Shown: in pieces, positions 19,411 through 27,881 of the stretch
Layout of the letters: every line of letters starts with the position of its first letter
Numbering within the stretch: position 1 is the stretch's first letter
Assembly: GCA_964448245.1 (NCBI GenBank)
Contig: CAYUWF010000003.1
Span: forward strand, 6,214 to 53,166
Source of the DNA: an uncultured Anaerolineaceae bacterium
GTDB taxonomy: Bacteria > Chloroflexota > Anaerolineae > Anaerolineales > E44-bin32
Direction of reading: 5' to 3'
DNA: 46,953 nt
Made by a program: the position numbers and the translations under genes
Notes under the pieces: generated by a model
Told to the model about the DNA's origin: nothing
The model's input: only the letters and a program-made list of their open reading frames with translations
Databases searched by the model: none

Positions 19411-19809
19411 ATGGCCGGCCCCAAGGTAGACCGCTCCGATCGAAAGCCGCCCGATCTGGACCCCTTGCGGGATGAGGTCACCCGGGCACCGGGCGAGGTG
19501 GCGGCGCGTCGTCGCCTCGGCTGGGGGCTCTACGGGGCCGGCGAGGTCCCCGAGGCGCTGGAGGTCTTCCGCCTGGCCTGCCGTGACTTCCCCGACGACG
19601 CCGATCTGCTCTACGGTCTGGCGCTCACTGCGAAGAAGGCCGGCGCCATCGACGAAGCCGACCAGGCCTTCCTGCAGGTCGCCAGGCTGGCCGAGGGGAT
19701 GACCGACCCCGGGCGGTCTGAAATCCTGCATCGGTTGGCGACCGGCCAGCACAACCAGCTTCACACGGGCCGATGGGGCCTCAAGCGGGAGATCTGGGGC
19801 GGGCCTTGA
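19411..19809 (+). CDS. Small TPR-like hypothetical protein (132 aa)
   Basis: ATG at 19411 preceded by AAGGAG. LGWGLYGAGEVPEALEVFRLACRDFPDDADLLYGLALTAKKAGAIDEADQAF resembles TPR units. Confidence 0.6.
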   Translation: MAGPKVDRSDRKPPDLDPLRDEVTRAPGEVAARRRLGWGLYGAGEVPEALEVFRLACRDFPDDADLLYGLALTAKKAGAIDEADQAFLQVARLAEGMTDPGRSEILHRLATGQHNQLHTGRWGLKREIWGGP

Positions 19810-20819
19810 CGACGAAGCGCGCACGGCTGGAGGCGGCACTAGCCGGGGAGGTCGCCGACCGCCCGCCGTTCGCCCTGTGGCGTCATTTCCCGGTCGACGA
19901 CCAGTCCCCCGAAACCCTGACCGACGCCGTCGTCGCTTTTCAGCGCGACGTCGACTGCGACTTCATCAAGGTCACGCCGGCTTCGTCCTTCTGCGTTCGC
20001 GATTGGGGCGTCGTCGATGCGTGGCGGGGCTCGACGGAAGGAACGCGCACCTATATCGCGCGGCGAATTCAGCGCGCCGAGGACTGGGCGGCGCTCGAGC
20101 CGCTCGATCCGCACGGCGGAGCGCTGGGCGAGCACCTTCGCTGCCTGCAAGCCGTCGTCCGGTCGGAAGGACAGGGGACTCCGGTGCTGGCGACGATCTT
20201 CTCGCCGCTGGCGCAGGCGAAGAATCTCGCCGGCGGAGGCACGCTGCTTGAGCACCTGGGCCGCGATCCCGAACGGGTCCTGGCCGGGCTGGAGGAGATC
20301 GCGCGCACGACGGTGCGATTCATCGAGGCGGCGCGCGCGGTGGGCGTCGACGGGATCTTCTACGCCGTCCAACACGCCTCGCCGGACCTCCTCGATCGGG
20401 AGGCCTATGCGCGATTCGCGCTGCCCCACGACCGGATGATCCTCGAAGCCGCCGGCGGATTGTGGCTCAACGTGATCCATCTGCACGGCGAGAAGGTCGA
20501 TTTCGATGTGGCCGGCGCCCTGCCGGCCCCAGTCGTCAACTGGCACGACCGGGAGACATCTCCGGGACTGCGGGAAGGCCGCCGACGGTCGGGCAAGGCC
20601 GTGTGCGGCGGACTGGCGCGGGTGGAGACGCTCGTTCTGGGTGACCCGGCGCGCGTGCGCGCCGAAGCGCAGCAGGCTTTGCGCGAAACCGACGGCGGCC
20701 GCGGCCTGATCCTCGGGACCGGCTGTGTGGTCCCGATTCACGCGCCGCGGGCCAACTTGCTGGCCGCCCGCCGGGCGGTGGAAGAGCTTCCGGGAAGCTT
20801 CAAGCTTCCCGCAAGCTGA
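19773..20819 (+). CDS. Uroporphyrinogen decarboxylase (URO-D)-family protein
   Basis: 348 aa. RPPFALWRHFP..., DFIKVTP, GVDGIFYA, NVIHLHG, weakly URO-D/MtaA-like. The start may be the in-frame TTG at 19806 (TTGA overlap with the upstream stop). Confidence 0.6.
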   Translation: MGPQAGDLGRALTTKRARLEAALAGEVADRPPFALWRHFPVDDQSPETLTDAVVAFQRDVDCDFIKVTPASSFCVRDWGVVDAWRGSTEGTRTYIARRIQRAEDWAALEPLDPHGGALGEHLRCLQAVVRSEGQGTPVLATIFSPLAQAKNLAGGGTLLEHLGRDPERVLAGLEEIARTTVRFIEAARAVGVDGIFYAVQHASPDLLDREAYARFALPHDRMILEAAGGLWLNVIHLHGEKVDFDVAGALPAPVVNWHDRETSPGLREGRRRSGKAVCGGLARVETLVLGDPARVRAEAQQALRETDGGRGLILGTGCVVPIHAPRANLLAARRAVEELPGSFKLPAS

Positions 20820-20824
20820 TCACG

Positions 20825-21394
20825 ATGAGCGGCCTGCGCGTCGTTGGGGGCGTGGCTCGCGGTCGAAGGCTTCGCCAGGTCCCAGGTGAAGGGACGCGAC
20901 CGATTGGGGACCGCGTCAAGGAGGCCCTCTTCAGCATCCTCGGCGCCGACGTCGAGGGCGCCAGATTCCTCGACCTCTTCGCCGGCACGGGGAGCGTCGG
21001 GATCGAGGCGCTTAGCCGCGGCGCCGCCGAAGCCGTCTTCGTCGACAAGGCGACCGCGGCGATACGCACCCTGCGCGAAAACCTGTCCGCCACCGGCCTG
21101 ACCGAGCGCGCCTCCCTCGTCCAACAGGACACCTTCGCTTTCCTCGGCCAGGACCCTGCCCAGCCTTTCGACTACGCCTTCGTGGCGCCGCCGCAGTACC
21201 GCGGCTTGTGGCGCGAAGTCCTGCTGCGTCTGGACGAGAGGCGGGCGTGGTTGAGCGAAGATGGGTGGGTGATCGTGCAGATCGACCCGCGGGAAGACGA
21301 GCCCGAAGGCCTCTCACGGCTGGCGCGCTTCGACGAGCGCGCCTATGGACAAACGAAGCTCATTTTCTACCGGGCTGGTAGTCCCGGGCTCTAG
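20825..21394 (+). CDS. rsmD: 16S rRNA (guanine966-N2)-methyltransferase
   Basis: RVVGGVARGRRL....G..TRP..DRVKEALFSIL.....GARFLDLFAGTGSVGIEALSRGA..AVFVD, VAPPQY. Confidence 0.85.
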   Translation: MSGLRVVGGVARGRRLRQVPGEGTRPIGDRVKEALFSILGADVEGARFLDLFAGTGSVGIEALSRGAAEAVFVDKATAAIRTLRENLSATGLTERASLVQQDTFAFLGQDPAQPFDYAFVAPPQYRGLWREVLLRLDERRAWLSEDGWVIVQIDPREDEPEGLSRLARFDERAYGQTKLIFYRAGSPGL

Positions 21395-21467
21395 CCCGGG
21401 GCGCGAGGGCGAAGGCTGACCGCGAAGCGTCCCGTAGGGAAGCCTGCGAGGTTGGCCCCCGGGAATC

Positions 21468-21496
21468 GTAGGGGCGGGTCTTGGACCCGCCCCTAC
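21468..21496. repeat. GC-rich palindromic hairpin repeat, copy 2 (GTAGGGGCGGGTC-ttg-GACCCGCCCCTAC)
   Basis: 13-bp perfect stem read directly, between the convergent rsmD and NUDIX genes. The left flank GGGAATC matches the right flank GATTCCC of copy 3. Confidence 0.7.
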
Positions 21497-21521
21497 GGTC
21501 TCTGAATCGACGGCGGACTCT

Positions 21522-22022
21522 TCAATCGATCCGGATCGTCAGGTTTCGGGCGTCATCGTACCGGTAGACGGCGGTGAAAGGCGCCGCGCCCTCCAGGCAG
21601 GCCTGGGCGCGCGGCAGCAGGGTAAGCAGGTCTTCGACCGTCCCTGCCGCCATCGCCTTCTCCAGCGAGAACCACTGGAGCTCCCCTTCGTCGGCGGCGC
21701 GGGGCGGCCCGTCGTCCACCTTCGCCACGAAGACGCTGATCCCGATTCCGGGAGACCCGCCGAGATCGACGATCACCTCGCCTGCGAGACGCAGGTCGGT
21801 GAGGGTCAGCCCGGTCTCCTCGACGAACTCGCGTCGGGCGGCCTGCCCGGCCGACTCGCCCCGCTCGATGTGCCCCCCGATGCCGTTCCACCGTCCGGCC
21901 CATGCGCCGCGACCTGGGGGCACCCGCTGCAGCAGGACCCGCCCGTCACGAAAGCCGAAGATTAGCGCCCGCGGGACGACCTGGTAGCGGCTCGCATCGA
22001 GGCGCTGGCCGGCCAGCGACAT
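21522..22022 (-). CDS. NUDIX hydrolase
   Basis: Nudix box GGHIERGESAGQAARREFVEETGL. Confidence 0.85.
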   Translation of the reverse strand: MSLAGQRLDASRYQVVPRALIFGFRDGRVLLQRVPPGRGAWAGRWNGIGGHIERGESAGQAARREFVEETGLTLTDLRLAGEVIVDLGGSPGIGISVFVAKVDDGPPRAADEGELQWFSLEKAMAAGTVEDLLTLLPRAQACLEGAAPFTAVYRYDDARNLTIRID

Positions 22023-22197
22023 CCGCCTAGCGTCCCGTTCCGGAGAGCAGCGAACCTGCTGCGTCTGCCATGCTTCAGACCCCGGTCATCGCCACGGCTC
22101 TCTTGCAGGAGTCACACCTCTCGGAGCCCCGCCTATACCTGGACCACAAGTCGAGACACCGAAGGAATTCGATGGCCGTCTTCGCCGGAACGGGACA

Positions 22198-23622
22198 CTA
22201 GTCCGCCAAATCGCCGACGACTTCCGTCACGCCCGCGCCCCGCAGGTACGCGTCGAGCGAAGGGCGGATGATCGTCGGGGGGACGTGCGCGGAGACCTCG
22301 CCATCGGTATCTCCGACGTTGAGCCGCTGGAACAGCAGGTCGAACTGCGTCTCCCACACCCGGCTGATGCGATCGAGCGCCTCCGCCGAAAGCCCCCACA
22401 AGTCGGACTTGAAGGGCCCGATGGCGTTCTTGCGCGTCTTGTAATAGAACTGCTCATCCGTCACGCCGGGCTTCCGCTCGGCGGCGAAGTTCTTGTCCAG
22501 GTAGGCGTACATCGAGCGGCGCAGCTCGTCGGGCAGGTTCTGGAACAGGATGTTCTGGAAGTTCGTCGCCAGATGGACCTCGCAGGCGCCGGCTTCGGTG
22601 AAGCGACGGAAGGCCTCCTCCGGCAGGGTCGAGGCGCCGTGCTGCACGGCGCCGGCCATCTGGTAGGCCTGGCGGGCGATGCGCGACAGCTCGCGCAGCG
22701 TGTCGAAATCGACGCCGACCTGGGCGATCGAACCGTCCGGCAGAACGACGCCGCCGTGCGAGGTCCCGGTCTGGATGCTGATCTTCGACAGGCCCGGACG
22801 GCCCGGGCCGAGGGCGCCCAGGGCCTGGTTGAAGCCGTCCATGAAGCCGCGCAGCTCGGGCTCCGAGCTGTTGCGCCCGCCGACCTCGCCGATCTCGCCG
22901 CCGATAGAAATAGTGATGCCCTTCGGCTCGGCCCGCCGGACGTCGAGGGCCAGCTCGGCGCACAGGTTGTAATTGAGCTGCTGCTGCTCGGCGATCGTTG
23001 GGCGCGACAAGTCGACCAGGGTCGATGTGTCGATGTCGATGTTGAAAAAACCGCCCTGCACCGCTTCGCGGATGAGGTCGCCAACGGCCGCCACTTCCTT
23101 CAGCGGGGCTTCGGCGAAACGCTTGGCGCTGACCTGGAAGTGGTCGCCCTGCAGGAACACCGGCCCGCTCCAGCCTTCGGCGACGGCCGCCGCCACGATC
23201 GACGACGTGTACTCCGACGGGCGCTGGTGGGTGTAGCCCATCTCCGATCGAGCGATCTCGAAGATGATGGCGCCGGCGTGGCGGCGTTGCGCGGCGCGGA
23301 AGACGGTCCGCGCGGCGTGGTAGCTGAGGGCACGCAAGTTCATCGCCGGGACGGTGAAGTCGTTGCGGGTGTCGCCTCGCCCGCGGGCGCGGTACAGGCC
23401 GTCGATCGAGGCCGGGTAGACCCCGACCTGGGCGGCCGCCTCGCGGATTACCCAGCGCGCCAGGCCGGCCTCCGGCTCGGCAGCCAGAGCCGCGCGGTGG
23501 GCGAGGGAGTCGATGCTCGTCGTTAGTCGGGCACGGTCCCGCACAGTGAGCGTGCGGCCGGAAAGGGAAAGCGCACCGGCCGTGCCGTCGACCAGGCGCC
23601 GAAGGTGATCCTGCCAGACCAT
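22198..23622 (-). CDS. Class II fructose/ketose-bisphosphate aldolase family protein
   Basis: ATG at 23622 with AGGAG upstream. FTVPAMNLRA, VFLQGDHF, FFNIDIDTS, ISIQTGTSHGG, AVQHGASTLP. The longer ORF to 23844 has an Arg/Pro-rich artefactual N-terminus. Confidence 0.75.
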   Translation of the reverse strand: MVWQDHLRRLVDGTAGALSLSGRTLTVRDRARLTTSIDSLAHRAALAAEPEAGLARWVIREAAAQVGVYPASIDGLYRARGRGDTRNDFTVPAMNLRALSYHAARTVFRAAQRRHAGAIIFEIARSEMGYTHQRPSEYTSSIVAAAVAEGWSGPVFLQGDHFQVSAKRFAEAPLKEVAAVGDLIREAVQGGFFNIDIDTSTLVDLSRPTIAEQQQLNYNLCAELALDVRRAEPKGITISIGGEIGEVGGRNSSEPELRGFMDGFNQALGALGPGRPGLSKISIQTGTSHGGVVLPDGSIAQVGVDFDTLRELSRIARQAYQMAGAVQHGASTLPEEAFRRFTEAGACEVHLATNFQNILFQNLPDELRRSMYAYLDKNFAAERKPGVTDEQFYYKTRKNAIGPFKSDLWGLSAEALDRISRVWETQFDLLFQRLNVGDTDGEVSAHVPPTIIRPSLDAYLRGAGVTEVVGDLAD

Positions 23623-23882
23623 GGGAAACTCCTGAGAGAGGCTCGCGGCGATTATACGGCCGCGCTTAGTGTCCCGGAGGGGACGCCGCTCCCGCGCCCT
23701 CGCCCCCTCCCTAAGCGGAGGCCTCTTCGTGCCGGGGCATCGGGGTGCGTGTCTGCGGCCGAAGTCGAAGGGCTTATCCAGGACGAAGCCGAACGGCGCT
23801 TCGATAGCATCCCGAGCTCGGGCCTCCGCTCCGCGCGGAGCCATCTCGCGTCCGCGCGGTCAGGGATCGGTCACCCTGCTGA

Positions 23883-23911
23883 TTGCCTCCGGCGGATGCG
23901 CAGACTATAAT
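23883..23911 (+). promoter_or_regulatory. Sigma-70-like promoter (TTGCCT-N17-TATAAT) for the 23958 gene pair
   Basis: Hexamers and the 17-nt spacer were read directly. The -10 box ends 46 nt before the ATG at 23958. Confidence 0.45.
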
Positions 23912-23957
23912 GACTTCGCGACTCCGGCCGCCGCGGCCGGTTTGCGGGAGGACGCGC

Positions 23958-24482
23958 ATGGCAGGCACGGTGGATCCCCTCGGGAAGATCACCGCAGGCG
24001 ACGACCTGCTCGGGAAGATCCGGAAGACCGTGGCCGGGTTCGTCGGGTACCTCGACCGGGAGAATCGCCGGGAGGCCGACAAGCTGCTGCGGACGACCAC
24101 CGCCAACCGCTACGAACAGCAATGGGGGCGGATTTCGGCGATCCAGCGGCAGATGATCGAGGCCGGGGGGCTCGAGCAGGTAGATCAGCTCGAGGCGGCG
24201 GCGATCAAGCTGCGAACGTTCATCGATCGGGTCAAGGCCGCCTCCTACGGTTACGCCGGCTTCTTCGATGCGGTGCGCATCAACTCGAACGAGCTGCAGA
24301 AGATCTACTCCTACGACCTGCAGCTCTTGGAGGACGTCAACAGTATTTCGAGCGCCATCGACAACGTCGAAGCCTCGATGGGCAGCGACGGCCTGCCGGC
24401 GGCGATGCGCCATCTGACGACGCTCTGCCAGGATGTGGTCGACGCGTACGACCGCCGCGACGAGGTCCTGCTGGCGGTCTGA
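23958..24482 (+). CDS. Hypothetical alpha-helical protein (174 aa), partner of the SPFH-HTH gene
   Basis: ATG at 23958 with GGGAGGA upstream. Helix-rich sequence (LLRTTTANRYEQQWGRISAIQRQMIEAGGLEQVDQLEAAAIKLRTFIDRV). 26 nt upstream of the next gene. No family recognised. Confidence 0.6.
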   Translation: MAGTVDPLGKITAGDDLLGKIRKTVAGFVGYLDRENRREADKLLRTTTANRYEQQWGRISAIQRQMIEAGGLEQVDQLEAAAIKLRTFIDRVKAASYGYAGFFDAVRINSNELQKIYSYDLQLLEDVNSISSAIDNVEASMGSDGLPAAMRHLTTLCQDVVDAYDRRDEVLLAV

Positions 24483-24508
24483 GCGCCGGCGCCTAAGGAG
24501 AAACGAGC

Positions 24509-25537
24509 ATGGCCAGGATCTTCGATGTCATCGAATACCCCAACGAAATGCGCGATGAGATCGCCCATCGCTTCCCGGACAGCGGCAGCGGCGATTTCCA
24601 CATTGGCTCGCAGGTTATCGTCCGGGAGACCCAGAGCGCGGTCTTCTTCCGCGACGGCAAGGCCCTCGACACCTTCGCCCCCGGGCGCCACACTATCACG
24701 ACCGCCAACATCCCCGGCCTGGTCAACCTGATCGGCAAGCTGTTCTCCGACCAGACGCCCTTCAAGGCCGAGGTCTACTTCGTCTCGATGCGCGAGTTCG
24801 TCGACCAGAAGTGGGGCACCCCGCAGCCGATCATCGTCCGCAACCCGGGGATGGCCCTGGGCGTGGCGCTGCTTCAGGGCTACGGCATCTACAGCTTCGT
24901 CGTGGCCGATCCGCAGCAGTTCGTCAACCAGGTCGTCGGCCAGACCGGGGCCTTCAAGACGGCCGACATCCAGGCCCGGCTGCGCTCGATGCTGCTCTCC
25001 AAGTTGCAGGACCTGCTGGGCGAGACGACCAAGGTCAAGAACGTACCGGAACTGATCGGTCTGGTGGAAGAGATCGGGGCCGGCGTGCGCGCCAAGTCGC
25101 AGGACGATTTCAAGGCGCTCGGCCTGACCTTGAAGGCCTTCTACATCGAGAGCCTCAAGCCCTCGGACAAGTCAGCCGAAGAGCTGCGGGCGATGGGCAT
25201 GCTCGACGTCGCCACCTACACTCAACTTCAGGCGGCAGATGCCATGCGAGATGCAGCGCAGAATCCCAGCGGCGGGGCAGGATTGACGGCCGGGATCGGA
25301 GCCGGAATGGGGATCGGTGGGGCGATCAGCGACGCGCTGAAGAGCGCGCAGACCGCCGGGGCGGCTTCGGCAGCGGCCATGCCGGACGTCATGACGCCCT
25401 CGGAGGCGGCCAAGTACCTCCAGGTCTCCGAAGAGGACGTTCTGGCCGCCATCAAGGCCAAGCAGATCAAGGCCAAGAAGATCGGCGAGGGTTACCGCAT
25501 CAGCCGCGATGCCCTTCAGGAATACCTGAAGAGCTAG
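24509..25537 (+). CDS. SPFH/YdjI-like (COG4260-type) protein fused to a C-terminal excisionase/MerR-type HTH
   Basis: MARIFDVIEYPNEMRDEIAHRFPDSGSGDFHIGSQVIVRETQSAVFFRDGKALDTFAPGRH is typical of YdjI-like SPFH proteins. A Gly/Ala-rich linker follows. The C-terminal MTPSEAAKYLQVSEEDVLAAIKAKQIKAKKIGEGYRISRDALQEYL resembles the HTH_17 family. Confidence 0.7.
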   Translation: MARIFDVIEYPNEMRDEIAHRFPDSGSGDFHIGSQVIVRETQSAVFFRDGKALDTFAPGRHTITTANIPGLVNLIGKLFSDQTPFKAEVYFVSMREFVDQKWGTPQPIIVRNPGMALGVALLQGYGIYSFVVADPQQFVNQVVGQTGAFKTADIQARLRSMLLSKLQDLLGETTKVKNVPELIGLVEEIGAGVRAKSQDDFKALGLTLKAFYIESLKPSDKSAEELRAMGMLDVATYTQLQAADAMRDAAQNPSGGAGLTAGIGAGMGIGGAISDALKSAQTAGAASAAAMPDVMTPSEAAKYLQVSEEDVLAAIKAKQIKAKKIGEGYRISRDALQEYLKS

Positions 25538-25623
25538 CTCTCCCGCGGATCCGACGAAACGGCCCGGAGGGGCCAGGGGGGATCCCAGGATGGGGGCGGG
25601 ATTTGCCCTGAAGTAGATCGCAT

Positions 25624-25652
25624 GTAGGGGCGGGTTTCAAACCCGCCCCTAC
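25624..25652. repeat. GC-rich palindromic hairpin repeat, copy 3 (GTAGGGGCGGGTT-tcaa-ACCCGCCCCTAC)
   Basis: 12-13-bp stem read directly, between the convergent SPFH-HTH and NERD genes. Confidence 0.7.
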
Positions 25653-25705
25653 GATTCCCGGCCATGAGCCGACTCGTTCGTTTTGTGGTCGGGCCGGAGG
25701 CCCAG

Positions 25706-26401
25706 TCAGGTTGTGACGAGCAAGCTCTCCCAGGGCGCGGCCAACGTCCCCGCTTCGGCCTCCGTCAGGGGCGACTGGCGCGCCAGATTCCGCACGTACT
25801 CCTTGAGCTTCTTGATGTGCACGGCGGGGTGACCGTCGTTGTTCTCCAGCCGCGCCTCGGCGTGACAGAAGACAAGCAGCGGGACGATCTCCCACGCCGC
25901 GCGATCGGGGAGGCGCCGCCGGAGCTGCCGGTCGAGGTCGGCCGCCTCACGCTCCGCCTGGGGCAGGAGGCTGCTCATCGTCGAAGGTTTGCCGGAGGGC
26001 ACACCCTTCTTGAGCCGGGTCCGCCACAGGCTTCCGTCGCGCCACTTGAACACCCCCGGCTCGCCGACTGGAATCAGCGCCACGGCCGCCCGCTGGGTGA
26101 AGAGAGCGTGGCGGCAGCCGAGGAGGTAATGGTAGAGGCGGTGGCGGCCATCAAGACCCTTCAGCGCGGCGTCGAGGACCTGATCGCTGCGGCCGTGCTC
26201 GGGCCAGCGGCGCATCAGCATCGTGCCGATCTGCGAGGCGAGCAGACCCACCAGCGCCAGGCCCATCGTGACCCCGAGGCTGTCCGAATCGCCCAGGGAG
26301 ACGAGCAGGGCCACGACCATCACGCCCAGGCCGCCGAAGGAGAGGATCTTCGAAAGACGTCGTATGCGATCGATGCGGCGGACGTTCATGTAACGTTGCA
26401 C
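25706..26401 (-). CDS. Membrane protein with NERD-like (nuclease-related) domain
   Basis: Two N-terminal hydrophobic helices (ILSFGGLGVMVVALLVSL, GLALVGLLASQIG), then LDGRHRLYHYLL...ALFTQRAAVALIPV...VPLLVFCHAEA, resembling NERD. The family call is moderate. Confidence 0.55.
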   Translation of the reverse strand: MQRYMNVRRIDRIRRLSKILSFGGLGVMVVALLVSLGDSDSLGVTMGLALVGLLASQIGTMLMRRWPEHGRSDQVLDAALKGLDGRHRLYHYLLGCRHALFTQRAAVALIPVGEPGVFKWRDGSLWRTRLKKGVPSGKPSTMSSLLPQAEREAADLDRQLRRRLPDRAAWEIVPLLVFCHAEARLENNDGHPAVHIKKLKEYVRNLARQSPLTEAEAGTLAAPWESLLVTT

Positions 26402-26448
26402 GATGGGTTACTCCACAGGGGTGTAAGGAACGCGCGGGCCGCAGGCAT

Positions 26449-27477
26449 TCACTCGTTCGCCGACGCCTGGATGGACTGCCGCTCCAGATAGGGCTCGAGG
26501 GCACGACGCAAGGCTTCGAGCAGACCGGCCTCGACTGAGGCGCGGGCGGCGCCGATGGCGTTGACCAGCGCTCGCGCGTCGGAGTGTCCGTGGCCGATGA
26601 AGACCAGTCCGTTCAGTCCGAGCAGCGGGGCAGCGCCGTACTCCGCCGGATCGAACAGGCGCCGGACGCGGGAAAAGGCCGGCCGCGCCAGCAGGCCCCC
26701 GACGGCCGTCAGCGGCCCGGCGGCGATCTCCTCCCGAATGATCTCGGTTAGAAAGCGCGCCACCGCTTCGCTCGTCTTGAGGAACACGTTGCCGGTGAAT
26801 CCGTCGGTGACGGCGACGTCGACAGCGCCGGTGTAGATCTCCTTGGCCTCGATGTTGCCGACGAAGTTCAATCCGGATGAGGCCAGGAGGGGGTAGGTCT
26901 CGTGGATCAAGGCCGAGCCCTTTCCCGGCTCCTCGCCGTTCGAAAGCAGGCCGACGCGCGGGCTCGGGATCCCGAGGGCAACCTGCGCATAGACAGCTCC
27001 CATTACGGCGAACTGGAGGATGTACTCGGGCTTGCAGTCGACGTTCGCGCCGATATCGAGGATGACGGCGCGCCCGCCGCGTATCGGGAACAGCGCCGTC
27101 AGGGCGGGACGCCGGACCCCTCGCAGCCGGCCGAGGCGGAGCAGGGCGGTGGTCATGGCACCGCCGGTGTTCCCGGCGGTGACGAAGGCCTGCGCCGCGC
27201 CGCGGCGAACCAGCTCGATGCCGACCGCCATCGAGCTGTCGGCCTTCCCGCGCGCGGCGGTGACCGCCTTGTCGGCCATCTCGACGACTTCGGAGGCGTC
27301 GGCGATGCTGATCCTCCCGGCGCGATCCCCGTGCGGCGCGAGAAGCTGCTCCAGGCGGGTGCGCGGGCCGGCCAGGACGAGCGGGTCATTCCAGCGTTCG
27401 ACGGCGGTCAGCGCCGCTTCGACCTCCGGCTGGGGGTGTTGGTCGCTCCCCATGGCGTCGAGGACGATGCGGGTCAC
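26449..27477 (-). CDS. plsX: Phosphate acyltransferase PlsX
   Basis: GTG at 27477: VTRIVLDAMGSDQHPQPEVEAAL, FVTAGNTGG, ILDIGANVDC, NGEEPGKG, FVGNIE, DVAVTDGFTGNV, LLGLNGLVFIGHG.S. The ORF extension to 27648 runs antisense over the tRNA and is rejected. Confidence 0.88.
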   Translation of the reverse strand: MTRIVLDAMGSDQHPQPEVEAALTAVERWNDPLVLAGPRTRLEQLLAPHGDRAGRISIADASEVVEMADKAVTAARGKADSSMAVGIELVRRGAAQAFVTAGNTGGAMTTALLRLGRLRGVRRPALTALFPIRGGRAVILDIGANVDCKPEYILQFAVMGAVYAQVALGIPSPRVGLLSNGEEPGKGSALIHETYPLLASSGLNFVGNIEAKEIYTGAVDVAVTDGFTGNVFLKTSEAVARFLTEIIREEIAAGPLTAVGGLLARPAFSRVRRLFDPAEYGAAPLLGLNGLVFIGHGHSDARALVNAIGAARASVEAGLLEALRRALEPYLERQSIQASANE

Positions 27478-27511
27478 GCGGGCCTCCGATGCGGCGAATC
27501 GGCGGTGATGG

Positions 27512-27539
27512 TTGACAGCGCGGGCAGCGCGGCTATAAT
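27512..27539 (+). promoter_or_regulatory. Consensus sigma-70-type promoter TTGACA-N16-TATAAT driving tRNA-Leu
   Basis: Both hexamers match the consensus perfectly. The -10 box ends 26 nt before the tRNA 5' end. Confidence 0.6.
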
Positions 27540-27565
27540 ACCGCGCTGGGCATCCCCTGCGTCCT

Positions 27566-27647
27566 GCGCTGGTGCTGGAATTGGCAGACAGGCATGGTTG
27601 AGGGCCATGTGCCGAAAGGCGTGGGGGTTCAAGTCCCCCCCAGCGCA
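27566..27647 (+). tRNA. tRNA-Leu (anticodon GAG), type II with long variable arm; CCA not encoded
   Basis: Folded by hand. Acceptor GCGCTGG/CCAGCGC plus discriminator A. D-loop AATTGGCAGA. Anticodon stem CATGG/CCATG with loop TTGAGGG. Variable arm TGCCGAAAGGCG. T-arm GGGGG-TTCAAGT-CCCCC. Confidence 0.85.
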
Positions 27648-27860
27648 CTGTCGAGGCCGTCCTGAGCCGCAGTCCCGAGCGTAGCGAGGGAGAAGCCGAA
27701 GGACGGCCTTTCGATTCATGGCCGTGTCAGGCGCGCTGAGCGAAGTCCCTCGCGCCGCTCGGGATGGTATCGAAGCGCGCCCAAGCTCGGGGCGAGCTGC
27801 TCGGCCTCCTTCGACGGAGCCTGCCTGATCGACCGCGAAGCGTCCCCGAGGGAAGACGAA

Positions 27861-27881
27861 GGGCTCAGGATGCCTGAGCCC
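27861..27881 (-). terminator. Intrinsic terminator after the ABC ATPase gene
   Basis: GGGCTCAGG-atg-CCTGAGCCC lies immediately after the stop (27882-27884). On the minus strand it is followed by TTCGTCTTCC. Confidence 0.55.

Noticed and set aside
22031-22198. 12-nt inverted repeat GTCCCGTTCCGG / CCGGAACGGGAC bracketing the aldolase-NUDIX intergenic region, as a possible structured ncRNA
   Set aside because: This is a single occurrence with no recognisable RNA family features by eye. It could simply be a long-range terminator or UTR structure.
25500-25895. 131-aa minus-strand ORF containing VGAGLKPAPT
   Set aside because: It reads through the palindromic hairpin repeat and overlaps the 3' ends of two real genes. 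This is a typical repeat-derived phantom ORF.
27478-27648. N-terminal extension of plsX (MRWGGLEPPRLSAHGPQPCL...)
   Set aside because: It is the antisense translation of tRNA-Leu and its promoter. PlsX homology begins at the GTG at 27477.
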